A DNA stretch of 38,309 bases from the NCBI GenBank assembly GCA_964658025.1, contig CAZZXB010000010.1, forward strand, positions 1-38,309. Direction: 5' to 3'. Positions 18,149-27,038 of this stretch are shown here, in pieces (within the stretch, counting starts at the first letter, position 1; each line of letters begins with the position of its first letter). A program made the translations under genes and the position numbers. The DNA comes from an uncultured Janthinobacterium sp. (GTDB lineage: Bacteria; Vulcanimicrobiota; Vulcanimicrobiia; Vulcanimicrobiales; Vulcanimicrobiaceae). The notes beneath the pieces are model-generated. The model saw only the letters and a program-made list of their open reading frames with translations, searched no databases and was not told where the DNA came from.

Positions 18149-19765
18149 TCAGCGCGTCCACGCGTACGAGTTCCAATTATTGGTGATGAAGGCGGCGGGC
18201 GCGTACCCGCGCAGGCGGGCGTCGTAGGCGGTCGTCGTGTTCTCCCAATAGAGGAAGACGGCCGGGACGAGTTCGTGGATGCGCTCCTCCTCCCGTTGGT
18301 ACAGCGCCTTACGTTTCGCGCGATCGAACGTGCGGATCGCCGCGTCCGAAGTCTGCGTGATCACGGGATCGCGCAGAAAACTCGTGTTCGCGCCGTGCGG
18401 CGGGAGGAAGTCCGCGCTCCAATTGCCTTGATTGTCGGGATCGGGTCCGTTCGTGTCGATCGACCATTCGAGATCGTAACGTCCGCCGTAGAGCGGACCT
18501 TCGAGCGCGAAGAGCAGGCTCGCCGGATAGTTCTTGATCTCGAGCGCGATGCCGATCGCGTGCAGGTCCTGTTGCATCTGCAGTTCGGCCTCGGCGTTTC
18601 CGGGTTTCGTCGTCGCGGAGATCGTGAGGTGCAACGTCACGTCGCCGCGTCGGCGCACGCCGCCCGGGCCCGGGACGAAACCCGCGGCGTCCAGGAGCGC
18701 GCGCGCCTCGGTCGGGTCGTAGCGTACGAGCGGGATCTTCGGCGCGGCCCACGACTGCGGGAAGATGTCGCTGCGCGCGCGCACGTTGAGCCCGTGATAG
18801 ACCGTGCGATCGAGCCGATCCCAATCGATCGCCTCCGCGATCGCGCGCCGCACGCGCACGTCCGAGAGCGCGGGCTTCGCGCAGTTCATTTCGAGCCGGC
18901 GCCAGTTCGCGCTCAGCGCGCGCACGACGCGGATCCCCGCGACGTTTCCGATCGCGCCGACCTGTTGCTCGGGGACGTTCGGGAGCACGTCGATCTCGTG
19001 CGTCGCGAGCTGCGTCACGAGCGTATCGGGATTGGGGACGACGCGAAAGCTGATCCCGCGCAGTTTCGGAGGGCCGCGCCAATACGTCGGGTTCGGCACG
19101 AACTCGAGCGACGAGCCGTGATTCCATTTCGCGAGCGTCCACGGCCCGCTCGAGATCGGCGCGGCGTTGAACGCGGCGCGGTTGAGATCGGGGAGTTTTC
19201 CGAGCAGATGTTCGGGGAGCGGCGGGTAGGCGGACCCGCCGCCGCCGCCGAGACTTCCGAGCACGTCGGCGTTCGGTCGTCGCAGCCGGAGGATCGCCGT
19301 GTAGTCGTCGGGCACGTCGATCGCGTCGATGTCGTCCCACCCGGAGACGAGCTTCGTGTTGTTCGCGGGGTTGCGAACGGCGCGCCACGTGAACCGTAGA
19401 TCGCGCGCGGTGAGCGGCGCGCCGTCGGACCAACGCACGCCGCGACGCCAATGCAACACGATCGTTTTCGAATCGCGCGAGATGCCGCCGTTCGCGTACG
19501 TCGGTACCTCGGTCGCGAGCTCGGGGACGAAATTCCCGCGCGCGTCGTAGCGGAAGACGGGCGCGAAGATGAACGCGTCGACTTGGTCCGTCGCGTCGGT
19601 GTGCGCGAACATGGGATTGAGATTATCGGGTTCGTCCGGACTTCCGATGCGCAGGATGCCGCGCGACGCCGCGTCGCCCGGCGCGCCGCCGTCGCCGACG
19701 CGCGAACACCCGAAGAGTGCCGCGAGCGCGACGAGCGCGAGGACCGATCGGCGCGCGCCCGTCAT
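18149..19765 (-). CDS. Peptide ABC transporter substrate-binding lipoprotein (family 5, OppA/DppA-like)
   Basis: Lipobox ALFGC; EPDNLNP, PELATEVPT..NGGIS, GVRWSDGAPLT, ISSGPW, LSDVRVRRAI. Confidence 0.93.
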   Translation of the reverse strand: MTGARRSVLALVALAALFGCSRVGDGGAPGDAASRGILRIGSPDEPDNLNPMFAHTDATDQVDAFIFAPVFRYDARGNFVPELATEVPTYANGGISRDSKTIVLHWRRGVRWSDGAPLTARDLRFTWRAVRNPANNTKLVSGWDDIDAIDVPDDYTAILRLRRPNADVLGSLGGGGGSAYPPLPEHLLGKLPDLNRAAFNAAPISSGPWTLAKWNHGSSLEFVPNPTYWRGPPKLRGISFRVVPNPDTLVTQLATHEIDVLPNVPEQQVGAIGNVAGIRVVRALSANWRRLEMNCAKPALSDVRVRRAIAEAIDWDRLDRTVYHGLNVRARSDIFPQSWAAPKIPLVRYDPTEARALLDAAGFVPGPGGVRRRGDVTLHLTISATTKPGNAEAELQMQQDLHAIGIALEIKNYPASLLFALEGPLYGGRYDLEWSIDTNGPDPDNQGNWSADFLPPHGANTSFLRDPVITQTSDAAIRTFDRAKRKALYQREEERIHELVPAVFLYWENTTTAYDARLRGYAPAAFITNNWNSYAWTR

Positions 19766-20811
19766 GCGACCGCCGACGTCTTGCGCGCGAAGCCGGGCGC
19801 GATCTCCGCGTAGAACGACCGCGGCCCGTGTCGCACCACGTCGTCGCACGGCAACCCCGTCGCGGCGCGCGCGTCCGCGATCGCGCGCTCGGCCTCGGCG
19901 TCGTCGAGGCCGTGCGTGTTGAGCGCGATGCCGACGACCTTCGCGGGTTTCACCGTCGCGCAGAGCGCCTCGTAGAGGTCGACGAGTTCGCGGAGCGGGC
20001 GGATCGGCGTCGGAAAGCCCTCGACGTGCGTGCGCGTCGCGGCGTGCACGAGCACGAGGGCGTCCGGCGCCGCGCCGAAGAGGAGTGCGAGCGTGACGGG
20101 CGCGTATGCCGGATGCGCGATCCCGCCCTGACCTTCGACGAACGCGACGTCCGCGTCGCGCGCGGCGAGCACGAGTTCCTCGACGGCGCCGCTCGCGAAG
20201 TCGGAGATCACGCGATCGATCGCGGTCCCGCTTCCGGCGATCGCGATCCCGGTCTGCCCCGTCGCGACGAAGGCCGCGCGCTCGCCCGCGTCGCGCGCGG
20301 CGCGCGTGAGTTCGAGCGCGGCCGTCATCTTGCCGACGGCGCAATCGCTTCCGACGAAGAGTACGACGCGCGCGGCGACGTCGAACGCCTCGCCCGTGAA
20401 GATGCGCGGCGGCGGCGTATCGCGCAGATCGACGATGCGCACGCGTGCGTCCGCCGCGCGGCGGGCGAACGCGTCGTCCGAGCCGAGCCGCTCGTGGAGT
20501 CCGCTCACGATCTCGAGCCGCGCGTCGATCGCCCGTTCCACTTCCGCGCGCCAGGCGGGCGGAAGGGCGCCGCCCGCGGGTGCGATGCCGATCAGGAGCG
20601 CGGTGGGATCGAACCGGAGCGCGTCCGCGACGCTCGCGACGATCGGCGCGTCGGAATCGAGATACGGCACCGCGTCGCGAACGCGTTCGCCCGCGCGGCT
20701 CGGATCGATCACGGCGACCACGGGATCCTCACCGTACGCGATCGCGCCGTGCGCCGTCTTCGCCGCGCGCGTCGCGAACAGCCCGGGCGCCAGCACGGCG
20801 TACCGGCGCAA
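19762..20811 (-). CDS. DUF1611 family P-loop-like protein (DgcN-like)
   Basis: Probable TTG start; AKTAHG, IGIAPAGGALP, IVSGLH, GSDCAVGKMT, ATGQTGI, DFASGAVE, VEGQG motifs. Confidence 0.92.
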   Translation of the reverse strand: MRRYAVLAPGLFATRAAKTAHGAIAYGEDPVVAVIDPSRAGERVRDAVPYLDSDAPIVASVADALRFDPTALLIGIAPAGGALPPAWRAEVERAIDARLEIVSGLHERLGSDDAFARRAADARVRIVDLRDTPPPRIFTGEAFDVAARVVLFVGSDCAVGKMTAALELTRAARDAGERAAFVATGQTGIAIAGSGTAIDRVISDFASGAVEELVLAARDADVAFVEGQGGIAHPAYAPVTLALLFGAAPDALVLVHAATRTHVEGFPTPIRPLRELVDLYEALCATVKPAKVVGIALNTHGLDDAEAERAIADARAATGLPCDDVVRHGPRSFYAEIAPGFARKTSAVA

Positions 20812-20816
20812 CGCGG

Positions 20817-21830
20817 CTATGCCGCGAACGCCGCGAGCGCTTCGCGTTGCACGACGCCGAGCCCGGGCGCGTCCGACAACACGATCTTGCCGGCGTCGTA
20901 TCGTACGCCGTCGAACGGATCGCGCGCGGTGAGAAACGGTCCGTCGAGATCGGCCCAATCGACGAGCGGCGAGAGGTGCGCGGCCGCGGCCGTCAACACG
21001 GCACTCTCGACGAAGCACCCGAGCATGATGCGGAAGTCGAGCGCGCGCGCCACGTGGATCATCCGGAGCGCCGCGCGGATGCCGCCGCACTTCACGAGCT
21101 TGACGTTCACGCCGTCGACGCATCCGGCGAGTCTCGGGAGATCGCGCGCGTCCCGCGCGTCTTCGTCCGCGACGATCGCGATCTTCGATCGTTCGCGAAT
21201 CCAACGCAAGCGTTCGGGCGTCCCCGCGGGAATCGGTTGTTCGCAGAACTCGATGTCGTGCCGTTCGAGTTCGGCGAGATTCCGTACGGCTTGTTCCGGC
21301 GTCCACGCTTCGTTCGCGTCGATGCGGATCGTCCCCGAATAACGCGCGCGCATCGCCGCCACGACCTCGAGCTCGCCCGAGAATCCGAGCTTGACCTTGA
21401 CGATCGGGTGCGTGCGGATCTCGTCGAGTTTCGCGAGCATCTTCTCCGGCGTATCGATGCCGATCGTGAACGACGTGACGGGCGTCGCCGTCGGATCGAG
21501 ACCGAAGAGTCGCCACAGCGGACGATCGAGATCCTTGCCGATCGTGTCGTGCAACGCGACGTCGAGCGCGCACCTCGCGCCCGGCGGCAGTCCGTCGAGA
21601 AGCGTCTCGAGCGCGTACGGATCGCCGCCCGAGACGTCGCGACCGCCGAGCACGGCGCGCACCGTCGCGAGGCTTTCGTCGTAACGCGCCGACGGGGCCG
21701 ATTCGCCGAAACCGACGACGTCGTTCCAATCCAGTCGCAGGATCGCCGTGCGTGCGACGGATTCGGAACCGCGCGAGATGGTAAACGTATGGACGAGCGG
21801 TAACGCGAGTTCGGTGAGCGCGATCTGCAC
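20817..21830 (-). CDS. Dipeptide epimerase (L-Ala-D/L-Glu epimerase / DgcA-like, enolase superfamily)
   Basis: GTG start VQIALTEL; FTISRG, KVKLG, RIDANEAW, EQP, ADE, VKLVKCGG, DLDG motifs. Confidence 0.93.
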   Translation of the reverse strand: MQIALTELALPLVHTFTISRGSESVARTAILRLDWNDVVGFGESAPSARYDESLATVRAVLGGRDVSGGDPYALETLLDGLPPGARCALDVALHDTIGKDLDRPLWRLFGLDPTATPVTSFTIGIDTPEKMLAKLDEIRTHPIVKVKLGFSGELEVVAAMRARYSGTIRIDANEAWTPEQAVRNLAELERHDIEFCEQPIPAGTPERLRWIRERSKIAIVADEDARDARDLPRLAGCVDGVNVKLVKCGGIRAALRMIHVARALDFRIMLGCFVESAVLTAAAAHLSPLVDWADLDGPFLTARDPFDGVRYDAGKIVLSDAPGLGVVQREALAAFAA

Positions 21831-21894
21831 GCACCGGTCTTCATCGAACGCTAGTCGGCTCCTCGCACGCGTGCGGGGTGAAAGATCTCGGAGC

Positions 21895-23385
21895 ATGTCG
21901 GAGCGTCACGGCACGTCGATCGTCTGGTTCCGGCGCGACCTGCGCCTCGCGGACCATCGCGCGCTCGAACGGGCGACGCGCGAGAGCGAGCGCGTCGTCT
22001 GCGCGTTCGTGCTCGATCCCGAACTCTTGGCCGGCCCGACCGTCGGCGCGCCGATCGTCTCGTTCTTTTTCGACGCGCTCGCGGAACTGCGGACGGCGTT
22101 GCGCGAACGCGGGAGCGATCTCGCGCTACTCGAAGGCGACTTCGGCGTCGAGTTGCGCGCGCTCGCGAAACGCACGGGTGCGACCGCGCTCTACTTCAAC
22201 GTCGATTACGAACCGCGGGCGATCGCGCGCGATCGCGCCGTGCGCGACGCGTTCCGCGGCGACGGCGCGACCGTGGTGCCGTGTACCGACCACGTGTATT
22301 TCGGCGCGCGCGACGTGCTCAAGGCCGACGAGAAACCGTACACGGTCTTCACGCCCTACAAGCGGCGTTGGCTCGAACGTTTGCGCGAGGACGAGCGCGC
22401 GGTCGCGAATTCGACGGCGTCGCTCGCGCGCGTCCTCGCCCCCCTCGACGCGATCGGCGAGACGCGCGAGATCCCCGAACCGCGCGCGTACGGATACGAG
22501 CGTTCCGATCGTTTCCCGGTCGGCGGCGAGGCGGCGGCGAAAAAAATGCTGGCCAAATTTTTCGCGGGAGCCGTCGACGCGTATGCGACCGCGCGCGATC
22601 TTCCGGCGGTCGCGGGGACGGCGCACCTCTCGCCGCATCTCCGCGCGGGCACGATCGGGATCCGAACGTGCGTCGTCGCCGCGCTCGAGGCGCGCGCGGA
22701 ACGCGCGGCGAGCGCCCGCGCGGGCGTCGACACGTGGCTCGGCGAGCTGATCTGGCGCGATTTCTACCAGCAGATCCTCGCGAATTTTCCGCACGTCGCC
22801 GCCGAGCCGTTCGACGAACGCGCGAAGCGCTTGCGCTATCGCGAGTCGTCGTCGGACTGGAAGGCCTGGTGCGACGGGAAGACCGGGTATCCGATCGTCG
22901 ATGCGGCGATGCGCCAACTCAACACGTACGGTTGGATGCACAACCGCCTGCGGATGATCGTCGCGTCGTTCCTCACGAAAGATCTGCTGCTCGATTATCG
23001 GCTCGGGGAGCGCTACTTCGAAGAGCGACTCGCGGACGGCGACAAGGCGGCCAACAACGGCGGCTGGCAGTGGTCGGCGTCGACCGGAACGGACGCCGCA
23101 CCGTACTTCCGCGTCTTCAATCCGACGACGCAGAGCGAGCGTTTCGATCCCGACGGAACCTTCTTGAAGTCGATGTTGCCCGAGTTACGCGACCTCTCGG
23201 GCCGCGCGCTCCACGCGCCGTGGACGATGACGCCGATCGAAGCCGAAGGACGCGGCGTACGGCTCGGACGCGAGTACCCCGAGCGGATCGTCGACCACGC
23301 CGTCGCGCGCGAACGCGCGCTCGCGACGTACGCGCCGGTCCTCGGACGGACGGGCACGCCGCGAGCGGACGTTACTTCGCGATAG
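21895..23385 (+). CDS. phrB: Deoxyribodipyrimidine photolyase (class I CPD type)
   Basis: WFRRDLRLADH, YTVFTPY, LSPHLRAG, ELIWRDFY, GKTGYPIVDAAMRQL, GWMHNRLRMIVASFLTK, NNGGWQW, RVFNP. Confidence 0.96.
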   Translation: MSERHGTSIVWFRRDLRLADHRALERATRESERVVCAFVLDPELLAGPTVGAPIVSFFFDALAELRTALRERGSDLALLEGDFGVELRALAKRTGATALYFNVDYEPRAIARDRAVRDAFRGDGATVVPCTDHVYFGARDVLKADEKPYTVFTPYKRRWLERLREDERAVANSTASLARVLAPLDAIGETREIPEPRAYGYERSDRFPVGGEAAAKKMLAKFFAGAVDAYATARDLPAVAGTAHLSPHLRAGTIGIRTCVVAALEARAERAASARAGVDTWLGELIWRDFYQQILANFPHVAAEPFDERAKRLRYRESSSDWKAWCDGKTGYPIVDAAMRQLNTYGWMHNRLRMIVASFLTKDLLLDYRLGERYFEERLADGDKAANNGGWQWSASTGTDAAPYFRVFNPTTQSERFDPDGTFLKSMLPELRDLSGRALHAPWTMTPIEAEGRGVRLGREYPERIVDHAVARERALATYAPVLGRTGTPRADVTSR

Positions 23386-23551
23386 GACCGTGGATGGTGG
23401 ACGGGCTGAACGAGAGCGGCGCCTTGGCGACCGGGATCACGGCATCCGCCGTCACGCGGTGATGCGTCGTCGCGAACGACGAAGCCGCGTGCGCGCCGGG
23501 ATGCGAGAGGGATGCGAACGCGGCCACGAAGGCGGCGAAGAAAGCGGACAT
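23372..23551 (-). CDS. Small (59 aa) putatively secreted peptide
   Basis: GAGAGGG Shine-Dalgarno-like sequence about 10 nt before ATG; MSAFFAAFVAAFASLSHPGAHAA hydrophobic leader with AHA site; C-terminal part has VIPVAK and GPIAK. Confidence 0.6.
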   Translation of the reverse strand: MSAFFAAFVAAFASLSHPGAHAASSFATTHHRVTADAVIPVAKAPLSFSPSTIHGPIAK

Positions 23552-23752
23552 GGAAGAACGACCCTCTCTAATAAGGAGCGGTGTGTTTCGCGTCGCCCGG
23601 GACGGCGCGGCGCGTACGATCGATGATACGCTAATCGAGGGATTTCGGTTTGTGATGGGACGCGTTTTCGGACGACGTGTGACGGACCGCACGCGGGCCG
23701 CGAACCGCGAATCCGAAATCGCGGACGGCGCGGCGCGCGAAACGCCGCGCGT

Positions 23753-25144
23753 TCACAGCGGATACGAGGTCTCGCACGCGATGCGCGCCGCGAAGGGCGA
23801 ATCGGGCCAGCGGTTGAGGAGCGCTCGCGCGTTCGCGATATCGCGCGGCGCGCCCGTCACGCGCGCGAGATGGTACGCGGAGACGGCCGCACGCCACGGC
23901 ACGCGGACCGTCGTCTGCCAGGCGACGATCGCATCGGAGAGTTTCGCGATCGCCTCGTACGAGTGACCCGCCGCCGCCGCGGCGATCCCCGAGAGCATCC
24001 GCTCGCCGAGGAGCGTCTTGATCTCGCCTCGCTGCACGGCGAGCCGTTCGGGCATCGTCCGCGAGCGACGGAAGCGTTCGCGAAAGCGGCGGGCGGCGGC
24101 CGGCGCGGACGCGTGCACGAGCGCCGCGATCTCGAGCAAGAGCAGACGCTCCGCGCGATCGAACTCTTCCCATACGAGCGCTTCGGCCGCTTCGCAGAGC
24201 GCGGCGATCGCCGTCGTGAGTTGCGCCGCGACGGGCACCGCGGAGGCGATCCGAACCTGTTCGGTTTGCAGGCGCAGGCGCGCCCACGGAAGGGCGATCG
24301 CCGCGAGCCCGCGCTCGACGTGGCCGCGGGCCGTCTCGCGCGCGCCGTGGAGGAAGTACATGCTCGCGACGTGATAGCGCGCGACGCCGTGATAGAAATC
24401 GAGTTCCGGCGCCCACGCTCGCGCGTCGAGGTGCGATGCGACGCGTCGGATCAGCCCGAGTCGATCGGTCTCGTGCGCGACGTGCGCCGTCTCGCGCAGC
24501 GTGATCGCTTCGTAATATGCATGACGGTACGGCAGGCGTTCCATGCGGTCGAAACTCGTCAGGCAACACGCGAGCAGATTCTCGTCGTCTCCGAGGTCGG
24601 AGGCCTGCCACGCGAGCGTCAGCGGTCCGCGCCAACGCGCGAGCGCGTCCATGTCCGAAGCCGAATCGAGTTCGGCCGCGAGCGCTTCGAGCTCGCCCGG
24701 GTCGCCGTCGATGTACGCGCGTTCCATGAGCGAGAGATGCGCGTAGGATGCCACGTCCGCGATGCCGGCGTCCCGTGCGGCGTCGCGCACCGAACGCACT
24801 TCGTCGAGATGGTCCTGACAGTGGCTCGTACGTTCGGCCCCGATCGTGCGGATGTACCGGATCCACATCGCCTCGCCGGGCGACGCGGATTCGGAGCGGC
24901 ATGCGAGACCCGCGATCCGGCGCGCTCGTTCGGATTTCGTTTCGGGTTCGAAATAGCGATAGAACGACGCGAGCGTCGCGACGATCTGCGTCGCGAGATC
25001 GTCGCCGTGCGCGTCCGCGACGGCCATGCACGCCGAATAATCCGCGCGGTGGAATGCCGCCACCGCCGCATCGAACGCGATCGACGGCGGGGACGTGACG
25101 AGCGAAGGGAACGCCTCGCTTCCGGCCGATCGAGTGTGCGTCAT
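23753..25144 (-). CDS. Hypothetical all-alpha TPR-like protein
   Basis: About 463 aa, Ala/Leu-rich amphipathic helix pairs (e.g. AAGHSYEAIAKLSDAIVAW, WRAAVSAYHLARVTG); no enzyme motif or HTH recognised. Start may be 25144 (ATG) or 25168 (GTG). Confidence 0.7.
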   Translation of the reverse strand: MTHTRSAGSEAFPSLVTSPPSIAFDAAVAAFHRADYSACMAVADAHGDDLATQIVATLASFYRYFEPETKSERARRIAGLACRSESASPGEAMWIRYIRTIGAERTSHCQDHLDEVRSVRDAARDAGIADVASYAHLSLMERAYIDGDPGELEALAAELDSASDMDALARWRGPLTLAWQASDLGDDENLLACCLTSFDRMERLPYRHAYYEAITLRETAHVAHETDRLGLIRRVASHLDARAWAPELDFYHGVARYHVASMYFLHGARETARGHVERGLAAIALPWARLRLQTEQVRIASAVPVAAQLTTAIAALCEAAEALVWEEFDRAERLLLLEIAALVHASAPAAARRFRERFRRSRTMPERLAVQRGEIKTLLGERMLSGIAAAAAGHSYEAIAKLSDAIVAWQTTVRVPWRAAVSAYHLARVTGAPRDIANARALLNRWPDSPFAARIACETSYPL

Positions 25145-25309
25145 CGTTGGGCGGCCGGATTGTAGCACGGGAGGCCGGCCGGCCCGTGCGTTCCCGGTAG
25201 GGATGTGACGCGCGTCGCGCTCGCGCGCGAGCGGCCCCGCATGTCGCCCGCAGGTAAGCGAGCCGATGTAGGATGTACGGGCTTACGGCGGCATCACGCC
25301 CGAACGAGG

Positions 25310-26989
25310 ATGGACTTGACGGTACCGACCCACGACGATCGGCTTCTCACGCGCGAAGAATGCTCGGGATTCGGCGCGCTCGGTCATTCGCGGATCGGCA
25401 TGGCGGTGCTCGACGCGCGCGGTCGGATCCTCGATGCGAATCCGACGCTATGGGCGCACCTCGACGCCGAACGGACGCTTTCGATCTTTCCCGGACTCGA
25501 CGACTGTCTCGTCGAGCACTTCGATCGCACCTTCGATACGTTTCACGTCGACCACCGCGTTACTACGCGGGACGGCGTCGTCCGCGCGCTCGACGTCGAG
25601 ATCTCGCGCATCGACGATCGAACGGCCTTCGGCCCCGACGCCTGCGCGCTCGCGCTGGTCACGGACGTCACGGGCGGCCTCGACGCCGTGGAACGACTGA
25701 CGTTCGAAGCGACGCACGATCAATTGACGGGTCTCCCGAACCGCGCGGCGTTCGTCGAGGAACTGCGCCGCACGCTCGACGCCCGCACGACGCGCGCGGC
25801 CGTGCTCTTTCTCGATCTCGACGAATTCAAGCCCGTCAACGACAGCCTCGGTCACGCGGCGGGCGACGAACTCCTCGCGGCGACGGCCATGCGTCTGCTC
25901 GACGAGACCTACGGCCGTCATTTCGTGGCACGCCTCCACGGCGACGAATTCGGATTTCTTCTGTTCGACGTCGATCTCGACGGCGCGAAGGCGTTCGCCG
26001 AGGCGGTGCGCGTGTCGATCCGTCGTCCGTATCGGATCGCGGGGCGCGAGATCGCGATCTCGCCGAGCATCGGGCTCGTGATGGTCACGCCCGCGTATCG
26101 CCAGAGCGAGGCCGTGCTGCGCGACGCGGACGCGGCGATGTACCGCGCGAAGCGTCTGGGTCGCTCGCGCTGCGAAGTCTTCGACGAGGCGATGCGACTC
26201 GAAGCCGGACGCGCCGCGCGTCTGCGCACGGACATCCATTCCGCGCTCCTGCGCGACGAGTTCCGCATGGTCTTCCAACCCGTCGTCGATCTGTCGTCCG
26301 GCCGCGCGCACGGCATGGAAGCCTTCATGCGCTGGAGTCATCCGATCTACGGCGAGATCGCGCCCACCGAATTCGTCGCGCTCGCGGAGAAGTCGGACTC
26401 GATCGTCGCGCTCGGACGTTTCGCGCTCGACGGCGCGTGTCGCGTCCTCGCGTCGCTCTCCGACATCGATCCGGCGTTCACCGTCGGCGTCAATCTCTCG
26501 GTACGGCACATCCGCGAACCCGAGTTCGTGAGCGACGTCGAGCGCGTCCTCGCCGAGCACGCGCTCCCCGGCGATCGACTCTTGCTCGAGATCACCGAAA
26601 CCGTGATGGCCGAGCACGACGCCGCGATCGTCGATGCGTTCTGGCAGCTCAAGGCGCTCGGCGTCCGCCTCTGCGTCGACGATTTCGGAATCGGTTCGTC
26701 GTCGCTCCGCTATCTCGATCGCTTCCCGATCGATCTCATCAAGATCGATCGTGCCTTCATCACGGCGTCGGGCGGCGAATCGATCGCGAGCGAACCGATC
26801 GTCGGGATGATCCTCTCGCTCGCGAAAGCGCTCAACATGGGCGTCATCGCCGAGGGCGTCGAGAGCAAGGCCCAAGCCGAACTCCTGCGCGTCATGGGAT
26901 GCAGCATCGCGCAAGGGTTTTTCTTCGCCGAGCCGCTCCCCGCCGACGGACTTCGCACGTGGCTCGCGCGGAACCGGAAGGGCCTTTAG
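25310..26989 (+). CDS. PAS-GGDEF-EAL diguanylate cyclase/phosphodiesterase
   Basis: GMAVLDARGRILDAN (PAS-like), ATHDQLTGLPNR, FLDLDEFKPVNDSLGHAAGD, RLHGDEF, EAFMRW, LEITE, DDFG, KIDRAF, AEGVE, QGFFF. Start uncertain (25205/25241/25310). Confidence 0.95.
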   Translation: MDLTVPTHDDRLLTREECSGFGALGHSRIGMAVLDARGRILDANPTLWAHLDAERTLSIFPGLDDCLVEHFDRTFDTFHVDHRVTTRDGVVRALDVEISRIDDRTAFGPDACALALVTDVTGGLDAVERLTFEATHDQLTGLPNRAAFVEELRRTLDARTTRAAVLFLDLDEFKPVNDSLGHAAGDELLAATAMRLLDETYGRHFVARLHGDEFGFLLFDVDLDGAKAFAEAVRVSIRRPYRIAGREIAISPSIGLVMVTPAYRQSEAVLRDADAAMYRAKRLGRSRCEVFDEAMRLEAGRAARLRTDIHSALLRDEFRMVFQPVVDLSSGRAHGMEAFMRWSHPIYGEIAPTEFVALAEKSDSIVALGRFALDGACRVLASLSDIDPAFTVGVNLSVRHIREPEFVSDVERVLAEHALPGDRLLLEITETVMAEHDAAIVDAFWQLKALGVRLCVDDFGIGSSSLRYLDRFPIDLIKIDRAFITASGGESIASEPIVGMILSLAKALNMGVIAEGVESKAQAELLRVMGCSIAQGFFFAEPLPADGLRTWLARNRKGL

Positions 26990-27023
26990 GTCCTTCGGTC
27001 CGCCGTCAAGTCTTGACCGTGCG

Positions 27024-27032
27024 TGAGATACT
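27024..27032 (+). promoter_or_regulatory. Possible extended -10 promoter element for 6S RNA
   Basis: TG-A-GATACT 6-7 nt upstream of the predicted 6S 5' stem; no well-spaced -35 seen. Confidence 0.35.
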
Positions 27033-27038
27033 AAAAGC

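Noticed and set aside
20817..20820. ATA non-canonical start for DUF1611 overlapping the epimerase stop
   Set aside because: An in-frame TTG at 20811 three codons later is a sufficient ordinary start.
15972..23385. DNA-repair island (UDG plus photolyase)
   Set aside because: The genes are 5 kb apart in opposite transcription units with unrelated genes between; no evidence of a functional unit.
27013..27018. TTGACC as the -35 box of the 6S promoter
   Set aside because: Only 8 nt from the GATACT hexamer, and no -10 is present at 16-18 nt spacing.
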